A DNA stretch of 63,391 nucleotides, the filler included, from Aduncisulcus paluster (taxonomy: Eukaryota), in NCBI GenBank assembly GCA_024181965.1. It is 6 parts of 6 records of this genome, joined end to end, with 100 filler letters (N's around TTAATTAATTAA, not from the genome) between each part and the next. Parts side by side here need not be neighbours in the genome. Positions count along the whole stretch, not along the records: positions 25,000 to 50,059 come from BQXS01012534.1; 5 more parts are not named here. One strand, 5' to 3'. This document shows, piece by piece, positions 24,900-34,111 of this stretch; within the stretch, counting starts at the first letter, position 1, and each line of letters starts with the position of its first letter. The position numbers and the translations under genes are program-made. A model generated the notes under the pieces. That model worked only from the letters and a program-made list of their open reading frames with translations. It was not told the DNA's origin and did no database searches.

Positions 24900-24999
24900 N
24901 NNNNNNNNNNNNNNNNNNNNNNNNNNNNNNNNNNNNNNNNNNNTTAATTAATTAANNNNNNNNNNNNNNNNNNNNNNNNNNNNNNNNNNNNNNNNNNNN
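24900..24999. other. Artificial contig linker between overlapping contigs
   Basis: Linker; 24829-24899 is repeated at 25000-25070. Confidence 0.95.
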
Positions 25000-25076
25000 T
25001 AAACAACTACTTCCTTTTGATAAGTAATATTTTGCTATATAAATTTTTCTTTCAGAAAAACTTCAGTTTTTGGTTT

Positions 25077-25430
25077 AAAACAGAGGTCTCCAGACACGTC
25101 ATACAGGCGGTCTGGGATCAGTTTCCAAAGTCTTCATTTCATAATCCTTGAGACAGCACAGCTCTCTGCGACATAATGCACATCCGAGCCGGACCAGGAG
25201 TCTTTCTTTCCACCTCCTGCTCCTCTCACTCCTAGAGTCCCCAGGCGTGTTGAAATCAGATGCTTGCATTGCGATTCCATGAATGAATTTCAGAGCATAA
25301 GTGCCCATGAACCCGTTTGATAACACAGCGAAAGGTTTAATTGGTAAATGCCGAAGGTCAGCATAGCTGCAATTAACAAACATTGAGTTTAATTCATCTT
25401 TTCCGCACTTCGGGGATTATCCCGAGTGGG
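25077..25430 (-). ncRNA. Unidentified highly structured RNA candidate (~350 nt)
   Basis: GC-richer island in AT-rich intergenic DNA, with many helices whose G-U pairs work on the minus strand, a pseudoknot, a 3' three-way junction and a terminal UUUU. Confidence 0.55.
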
Positions 25431-25764
25431 ATATATCTAAATTCATGATTCTGTTATCACACATATCAAATTGAAAAATATGTGGGTTTTTAGTTGGGAA
25501 TTCGAAAGAAAAAGCAGTTGTGGTGACGGTAAACGAGAACAAAAATTCTGTGCATGAAGAAAGTTGATGCTACTAATTCTACAAGGACTAAACCGTTATT
25601 TTGTTTTTATTTTTATTTATATTTATATTTTTCCTTGACTAAATAGCTGATTTTACAGTAATAAACGATATACAACAATGTCATTTTTTGTCTTTTCAAA
25701 TTTTCTGTAATTGATATAATATACAGAAAATAAATCAATATCTCAAATGGGCAATCTCTATTCT

Positions 25765-25938
25765 TTTTATACCTGGCTCTTGATGGCCTTGGCTCGATAG
25801 CCTACTTGTGGGTGGTCGGTCGGTTAAAGAACGCATTTTCAGGTTGGAGATTTATTGGGAGGCTCTTTATAACCTTGATCTTGACTTTGAACTAATTTTT
25901 ACACCTGGCTCTTGATAGCCTACTTGTAGGTGGTCGGG
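25765..25938. repeat. Two imperfect direct repeats (~43 and ~54 bp) with mini-palindromes
   Basis: ttttayacctggctcttgat..agcctacttgtrggtggtcgg at ~25765 and ~25896. Confidence 0.7.
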
Positions 25939-26253
25939 CTATGGTGGATTTTACTATATAGTATATCTAGTAAATCGTAATGCAGAGTCATTGAACCGAT
26001 AAATGAAAATAATTAATTGCCTTAAAATCAAAATAATGATACAAAATAAGACATATTTACTAAGGTGACAATTGTGATATACATATATAACAAAAGATAG
26101 AGAACAATATCGTTACAGTCCTGTATTCACAATAAAATTAATAAAAATAGAATTTACAGAATTAAAGTCCATGTAATGGATTCGATAAGGTGGCCAAATA
26201 AAGAAAACATCTACGTTAAATGCGAAAACGAAACGAAATATAAAAAAAAGATG

Positions 26254-28338
26254 TTACCTTTGTTGTTCCATGGAATTGACGGAGTCAAACCACCTTACGA
26301 TACGATTGAGAACCTTCAATGGGTCTTCAAATGGATAAATATGCATTGTGTTGGTTGGCCCTTCCATTGCAAAGGTTGTAATGTCGATAATTTCGAAGAT
26401 ATGGTCCATAGAGATCGTTGGAATTGAAGTTGGAACAAGGGCTGGTGAATGGGAACGTGAACGGGGGCGAGAAACTTGGGGAGGCACCAGATGCTTGGGA
26501 AAATGAGACTTTCCACCATCAAGAATGTCATCAGTAGAAAGATCCTCATAAGAAATCATATCGGGGACTGCAGAGCAAAACGGATTCTTGGTGGGTGTTT
26601 GGGGTTCTTTTTGCTCGAGATGAGAGTCAACATCAACATCAACATCAACAAAGGACTCCTTTACAGAGTCGGACTCTGTTTGGATCTTAGATTCTGCAGT
26701 GGATCGTTCATGAGATTCTACATTGTCTTCTTTATGATCTTTTAAAGAAACTTCGGTGTCTTCAAGCTCTCGAATATCTATGGCTTCCTTACCTTCCTTT
26801 TGAACCGTTTCTTCTTCTTCTTCTTCCATCTTCTGACCTCTCTCTTGATCACTCTCCTCTCTCGTGATCACTGTCTGCTTAGAGTCCTGTTCTTCGAGTT
26901 CTTCTTGTTCCTTGACATCATCCATCGGCTTTTCCCCTTTTTCTGTCTTTTCCGATTCTCCCTCAACTTCTTCTTTCTTTGCTTCAACTTCTATATCTCC
27001 TTCTTCTTTCTCTTTTTCAAGGGTTCTCTCGGACATTGATCTAAATCTAAGAACGGAAGAGGAACGGGGATCTCCTGGCATAAAATTGAATAGAAATACA
27101 CATGGAAGATTACACTTAGCGCCAGAATCCTTTTTGTTCAGATGAAGAGCTCTTAAAACAGATTCTGCTTCAAATNNNNNNNNNNNNNNNNNNNNTGATA
27201 TTTATGAGGTTTGGAAGATATAAAATGGGTGTATAATCATCAATATTGTTGGAGGAAAGATCAAGAAAGGTGAGAGATGTCATAAACTCAAGCACTCGAA
27301 GGGAGTTGATTGAAAGATTAGAGAGATCAAGATGGCCAGGAGAAGATGAATTTATATCCGAAGCAGAGAGGTTTCGTAANNNNNNNNNNNNNNNNNNNNC
27401 ATCAACAAAGGACTCCTTTACAGAGTCGGACTCTGTTTGGATCTTAGATTCTGCAGTGGATCGTTCATGAGATTCTACATTGTCTTCTTTATGATCTTTT
27501 AAAGAAACTTCGGTGTCTTCAAGCTCTCGAATATCTATGGCTTCCTTACCTTCCTTTTGAACCGTTTCTTCTTCTTCTTCTTCCATCTTCTGACCTCTCT
27601 CTTGATCACTCTCCTCTCTCGTGATCACTGTCTGCTTAGAGTCCTGTTCTTCGAGTTCTTCTTGTTCCTTGACATCATCCATCGGCTTTTCCCCTTTTTC
27701 TGTCTTTTCCGATTCTCCCTCAACTTCTTCTTTCTTTGCTTCAACTTCTATATCTCCTTCTTCTTTCTCTTTTTCAAGGGTTCTCTCGGACATTGATCTA
27801 AATCTAAGAACGGAAGAGGAACGGGGATCTCCTGGCATAAAATTGAATAGAAATACACATGGAAGATTACACTTAGCGCCAGAATCCTTTTTGTTCAGAT
27901 GAAGAGCTCTTAAAACAGATTCTGCTTCAAATCGTAATTCTGACTCACAACTGAATTTTGCGTCAATAAGAAAAATAACTCCCTTTGGAAGACTTGCGGG
28001 TGTCAAATAATGGAAATATAATGGACGAATTTTGGAGCCCCCGCCAACATCTATCATTGTTTGCTTTTTCTTTTTGTTCCTTGCATCTCGAACAGTGAGA
28101 GATTCAAGATTAAATCCAATGGTTGGAATTGTGGGTGGGGCAGAAGAACCTAATTTCCAGGTGTATAATAAATGAGTCTCAATTGGAATGGGGAGGATGA
28201 GTTGTTTATATAAGTTATATGATAAAGGATAAGGGATGATATCAAACATACTTTTCCAGAGCAATTGGCTCCAAATATGCAAATAGCTTTACGAAAAGAC
28301 GACATTACGTTCTTGGATTGTCGTCCAAATGATGCCAT
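26254..28338 (-). CDS. Degenerate ARF/ARL-like GTPase with large acidic insertion (intron 28178-28251; assembly duplication and misplaced fragment inside)
   Basis: Splicing creates the P-loop GANCSGK/T; TIPTIGFNLE (G2) and DVGG (G3) follow. About 26643-27175 duplicates 27400-27932; 27196-27379 is a misplaced LRR-gene fragment. Confidence 0.8.
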
Positions 28339-28415
28339 GGGTTGGTGGATTTTCTTACGAGGTAAATCGGTTGAGAATAATATTTATTTCGGATGAGCTA
28401 TTTAATAATGTATGA

Positions 28416-30254
28416 TTATTTTAGATTTTCTCTGTTTCGTTTTAATAATTCATGAATTTCAGATGCTGAAGCATGAAGGAGTTGTTCGGCAACATATGAA
28501 GTAGTTTGTTCATCAAATTTCGCTTTTTTCCTTGTTTTCGGTTTCTTTTTGTCAGTTCCAGTGGAAATATCTTTAAGGGACAGTCTAAGAGAGTCAGGTG
28601 TTTTGATACCTTGACGAGGCAACGTTGGACTCGTTGTAGGTTTTAAGGTTGAAGATTTCAATCCGCTAACCCTTGATAATGAATGTTTGGAACTTGGAGA
28701 TGTTGGTATTCCTTCCCTTTCAATGATCATGGAAGAAGAACGGAAAAAGGAATGGACAAGGTCATCTTTCTTCCTCTCTGAGAGAGCTGTATCGGACATA
28801 AACGATCCAAAAATATCTGTCTTATTTCTCACCTGGCTTCCGTGGCTAATTTTCTTTCTCTTTGGCGATGAAATAAGGAGAATAGAAGCATCTTGGCCAT
28901 GGAAACCACCTGTGCTTTGAATAGAATCAATCATATCCACTGATGACATTGAATTCATGGAAACGGATGAAATGGAGGATGACATGGCCTCAAGAGCACT
29001 GTGAGTAAGTTTGGCAGAACCAATTTCAGAGAGAGTGGAATAAATATTGAAAGCATTCACAATTAAAATGGAACATGCAATGTAGAACTCAAGAGAGTGT
29101 TTTGAGTTATCAAAATCGCCCAATATGATTGAAATAAGCTCTTCAATCAACATATTTTCTTCTAGAATGGCAGAATTCAGTGAATGAAGAACTGATAATA
29201 AATGAGAACGAGTTGGAAGTCTTGCTGTCTCAAGCGAAATAAGATGGGCCGACATTAACTTCGATAAATGGGGATAATCATGAATAACAAGTGCTAAATT
29301 AATACAAGAATCTGATATGGCTGAAAAATGCTGAGAAATAGATTTTCGGGAATGGAGGGCAAGAAAATCCGGTGTTATTGTCCTAGATTTAGTAAGAGGA
29401 GAAAGCGTTGGGGGTGTTCCTTTTTGGGAAACAGAATGCTGGAAATATGTGTGTTCTTTGGAAATAATATGTAAATTAGAAAGTTCTGTACTCTTTAAAG
29501 CAAATGATTTCCTGGATATCCTCGATGATTGTTGTGATCTTTTCACTTCATCAACAAAATCATTTGCTTCCTTCTCCAAATCAGCTATCTTTGGAAATAT
29601 TGAAAATATCTTTTCTTCTTTAGCTATTTCGAATATAATTTGTTCATTTAAATCTGTCTTTTCGCATTTATACGAACATTTGCTTGCATTTGAGGGAAGA
29701 GATATGCCGAATAGAGACAGAGTAGCAGCAACCCATCTCTCAACTTTATCAATATGTAAAAGGGACTTTCTCCCAAGCATATCGTAGAAAATGCATGAAA
29801 TAAGAATGGTATTGGCAACAGAATTATGAGAATGGAGAAGAGAATGAAATGACGAAGGTAGAATGTGAATGGGAAATGAAGGAAGGCTATAAAGAAGAGA
29901 AAGACACTTTTCGTATATTATATTGATAGTTTTATCAGAGAAAGATTTGAATTTTTGGAGAATAAAACTTTGACTAGCTTTTTGAAGTTCAATATCAATT
30001 CTTAATGTATCTAAAAAGATCATCTGAAGAAAACTTGGTTTATATGATTCTGTTAACAACTTTACAAGAAGATATAAATCCAAAAACCATTCATATTTCT
30101 TATATGTGGGGGTATAGTGTAATGTCTTGTTAATGATTGAAAATATTGATTTATCAAATAAATCACAAAGTGAGGAGAAATTACTAGGTGTATAATGTGT
30201 CATATCTTCCATCATATTTTCAATATTTTCTATAATATCCCAAGAAAAAGCCAC
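28416..30254 (-). CDS. Hypothetical helical protein (~600 aa), start uncertain
   Basis: Long ORF with no recognised motif; Ser/Lys-rich C-terminus. Confidence 0.7.
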   Translation of the reverse strand: MAFSWDIIENIENMMEDMTHYTPSNFSSLCDLFDKSIFSIINKTLHYTPTYKKYEWFLDLYLLVKLLTESYKPSFLQMIFLDTLRIDIELQKASQSFILQKFKSFSDKTINIIYEKCLSLLYSLPSFPIHILPSSFHSLLHSHNSVANTILISCIFYDMLGRKSLLHIDKVERWVAATLSLFGISLPSNASKCSYKCEKTDLNEQIIFEIAKEEKIFSIFPKIADLEKEANDFVDEVKRSQQSSRISRKSFALKSTELSNLHIISKEHTYFQHSVSQKGTPPTLSPLTKSRTITPDFLALHSRKSISQHFSAISDSCINLALVIHDYPHLSKLMSAHLISLETARLPTRSHLLSVLHSLNSAILEENMLIEELISIILGDFDNSKHSLEFYIACSILIVNAFNIYSTLSEIGSAKLTHSALEAMSSSISSVSMNSMSSVDMIDSIQSTGGFHGQDASILLISSPKRKKISHGSQVRNKTDIFGSFMSDTALSERKKDDLVHSFFRSSSMIIEREGIPTSPSSKHSLSRVSGLKSSTLKPTTSPTLPRQGIKTPDSLRLSLKDISTGTDKKKPKTRKKAKFDEQTTSYVAEQLLHASASEIHELLKRNRENLK

Positions 30255-30459
30255 AGTTCGACTTAATTGGAAAATACTTCGAAAGAAAGTGAAATATTAT
30301 TCAAAAAAGAATATAAATTCCAAAAATATATTTGTTTAGGTTATATGAAATTGATTTTATGCATATACAAAATTTCTACAAAATTTTTTGTAAATTTCTG
30401 TCTCATTTGAATATTAGAAGTTTGTATATTTATTAATTTATCTTTATAGGAATAATACG

Positions 30460-33137
30460 ATGTCAAAGGATTATTCTACACCCCCTTGGTGGCTTGTAAC
30501 CGGCCATAGAGATGCTTTGCCTGCGATGGTGCCTAAAACAGATGATAGAGTTCCCTCTCAATATTTGACTCGAAAAAAGGTGAGAAAAGTCAAAACTAAC
30601 CCTTCTCTTGTTGGAATAGAGGGTACAGTTGTATCAAGAGATGCACAAACCCACACTCATGAACGGACAAAATATGATGATTCTGAGGATGAGTATGTTT
30701 GTTTTATTGTTTTTATTGAATAATTTGATTATTTTGGTGATGAATATTTTCGTATTTATTGATATTGTCGTTTTTCTTTTTTTTCCTTCTCTAAATCAGG
30801 TCTGGGTCAACATTTGATCCAAACAGTGAACTTGAATCATCTGCAAGCATTGAACAATTTAACAAACCATTGGAAGAATTTAAGAATTCTGCTCAAATGG
30901 ACATGATTACTCTTGTTAGGCAACACATTAGGCATTTGCAAAGTAGAATTGATTATATGGAGGGTAGAAAAGAGGTTCCATTTCCAATGCCTCGCAAAGA
31001 TACTCTTACCTATAAAATTAGACCCAAAACTGCTGATGGGAGAATAATGTCAAAGGATACAATCGTTCCTAAATCTTTATCTTCCAAACCGACAAGACAT
31101 TATTCGAACAAAATACCTTCATTACGAAAAGGAAAAGAGATGGACTTGGATAAATCTTCTGTTCTTCGATCTCCATCGGGTACTCCATATGAGGAAGATC
31201 TCGAAGATGAATATCCGATGCCATATTCCACTTCACCCCTATTCTCAACTGCTTCAACGTCACATTATCGCCCTCGAACCACAGTTTCTGGGGAACAAGC
31301 TCGATCTCTATATCCAACCCACTCTTCAACAATAGCTATGCGTGAAATGAAGAATGTCTTCTTTCGGCGGCAGCGTGATGCTCCTGCTGATCATCTCATT
31401 CACGGGCAAGGTGTTACTCCTCGTGAGAAATTTCCCTATTCACGGGCTGATAGGATCAGACTCCAGCGGCACACAAGGAAATTCGGTGAGGATATTCCCC
31501 TTAAGGGCGAACGAAGCACTGGAGGAGCCCACACTGTCCATGTGTGGAGACCTGCTAGAGTTCCACCTGGTCCCATGACAGAAGTGGAGAAACGTCGACT
31601 TGAGCTTCTTTGGAGGAATAGTTGTGATAAAGAAGAGGCTGAAGGTCGGATTAGACGCAGCGAAAGAAGGAAGAGAGAGAGCATCAAGGTTGGTGGAAGG
31701 ACAAGAGAAGAGCCGTGGGATGATACTTTTGTTTACTCACATGCTCATGCCCAGGATACTAATCCTGAACACGAAATGATTTCCCGTCAACCGCTACCTG
31801 TTCCTTTGGTAAGTACTTTGCCACCTCCAATGCCGAATCCCTATCCGCATCAACGCTTTACGTTGCCTGTTCCTGCTCACCGTCCAATGTATTATGATGA
31901 TGAACTTGCAGAGACGAGGCGAGGTGGTGATCGAGTCGAGGATCAATTCGATCACGATGACAATGCAATATTATATCTTGAACCCGAAGATGTCAGACAT
32001 CTTGCTCAGCAGAGGCGAGATGAAGGGAAACCAAAGGAAGTGAGTGCGCTTGATCGGCTTGAAGATACTTTTAGAAGGAGTGCCACAGGTCCATCTCATC
32101 AAATGTTTCCTCTCATGGGTTCATATTCAATGCCGAGACCAATGCTTGATTCGAATGATTACTATGATGGTCGTCAAATTCAACCCATAATGGAAGTTAG
32201 TGGTTTAAAAGAGAAAAAGGTGAAAACCAGAACTTGTTCAACATCAACTCAGTCCTCTCCCATAAAAACAAAACAAACAATTTCTGTTTCTGCTAAAAAG
32301 ACAAAATTAACAATGTCTAAATCATCTAATACATCAAAAAGAACTTCTTCAAAAGTTGTTCCTTCTGTTCGAATGAAGAAAGCTGCAAAGGTCCAAACTC
32401 AGCCTAAGGAGAGTTTTCATCAAGTTGGAATGAATTATCATGAACAGGAAGAAGTGTTGAGTGAACATTCGTCATCTATTACGCAAGAAGAAGGAGTTGA
32501 AGTTGATGAGATTGAACATCGCCATTGTGAAGTGGATACATCGAAATACCATCAGATGCCTGATTATTTTGTCGATGATGAATATCCAATTCATCAGTCG
32601 TTACCTTACGATTTGCCTCGTTCTTCTCATTCTTCCCAAGCTCTTGGATTTCAACCTTTGTCTCGTTTTTCGTTATCAAGACCAATTGTCAAACTCCCCG
32701 AAGAGTACTCTGCTCTTCCGCGTGAGACTTATTTGAAAATAGCTCAGCAGATGCAATCTCAAATGCCAGTGAGTGAGGATATATTTTTGAGAGGAGAAGC
32801 TCCAACCCAATTTGGCCCTCATTTGGTTCAACATGTTCCAGATATGAATACAACCTTATGTGAATACAGAAATATCATATCTCAATTGAAACAGGATGAA
32901 AGACACTTGCAGGGATGTTTCCGTGAAATGGAGAGAAAGAGAACTCGGCCACCTACAGAAAACTGGTGGGAAATTAAGGATTCAAGTTTTGGTCAAGAAC
33001 ATCGTAGACATCTTGAAACTCTTGAAACACATTGGAAAGATGTTCAACAATATAGAGAGGAACTGGATGTTGCTGCAACTGTTGGTGCAAGACCTGTTGA
33101 AGATTATCTTGTTGTTCGTGGGAATAAAGATAGGTAA
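30460..33137 (+). CDS. Hypothetical 856-aa protein (exons 30460-30692 and 30800-33137)
   Basis: A 107-nt GTATGT..ATCAG intron joins the two track ORFs in frame; C-terminal coiled segment with RPPTENWWEIKD. Confidence 0.8.
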
Positions 33138-34111
33138 GATCTTACAAGGATGATATTTCAATGAGGAATTATGCATTGATATATGAGAGGCTTGTGATAG
33201 GCGAAGTTAAACTGTAGACTTCAGGTTGAACTGATGTGAGTCCTTGCTCCACACAACTCCCACATGCCCATATGTTGTGATGCTACCGGCATTACCGCCA
33301 CCTACCGGTGGTATTTTATTTCAATAAATTTGCTAGCCGTCTTCCATAAGGAAGTCAATACATAAATTCCTGGTGTTAGGCAGACATGAACAAGTATTCG
33401 AATCACACATTCGAATAGTAAATTTGTATCACCGAACAAATGTTGCAATTATCATTTATTCACGATTTAAAGTCCTTGGCAACGCCAACACTGGAAATAC
33501 GAAGATCAAATTCTCCGATATCTCCAAAAAATGCTTCTCGAGTACTATTCATTGCTATTAAATGTAAAATATGGAGATATTCGCATTGAATATGAACTAA
33601 TGGATGATAATAATTTTTTGTGATCTAAAAATAGAAATTCTAAAAATAGAAATCACTTCTGAAATATCCATTTTTATGCATTGAAATTCTCAGAATTTAC
33701 TCCAAAACGGTTCATTTAGTGGTCAAAATAACATTTTTAGTGTTTTCTGCTGTCATGGGATATTTTTCACGGGGATTCCTTTCGAAGAAAAGAGTTATCC
33801 ATACAGGTCTGAAGTTACTAAGGAGATTTATTATTTGTCATTCAATTCAATCAATTTCCCATGGATCATCAATTGTTCCAGTTCCAGGAGGTGCACATGA
33901 AGAATTGGAGTTTCTATTTGGAGTTTCTGATTGAGGATTTGAAACTACACTCGGCAATGAAAACACTTCATCAGCCTGTCCTACAGATTCCAGCGGATTT
34001 TCAAGAGCTCCAGATGAAGAATGAGTACCATCATTTCCATATCCCGTAAAACATTTTGGTGACCAATGGCAACTATTTGGCGTTGATGCGTATCTTTGTA
34101 TCTATGAAATA

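Noticed and set aside
24829..25070. 71-bp direct repeat
   Set aside because: Contig-end overlap across a linker; it only shows that the two contigs are adjacent.
25099..25383. 94-aa ORF
   Set aside because: No recognisable protein features; it is better explained as a chance ORF within the structured RNA.
25233..25420. RNase MRP on the plus strand (AGTCCCC ... GGGGATTA)
   Set aside because: The GAAAG and GGGGCUnA consensus is not met, no P1 closure is seen, and G-U pairs favour the minus strand.
27196..27379. Apparent ARF-LRR fusion in the ORF track
   Set aside because: The fragment sits between two N gaps and is a misplaced copy of the LRR gene at ~34816-34999.
33149..33188. SECIS-like ATGA..AA..TGA hairpin
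   Set aside because: The core register needs an extra bulge, and the upstream gene has no in-frame UGA.
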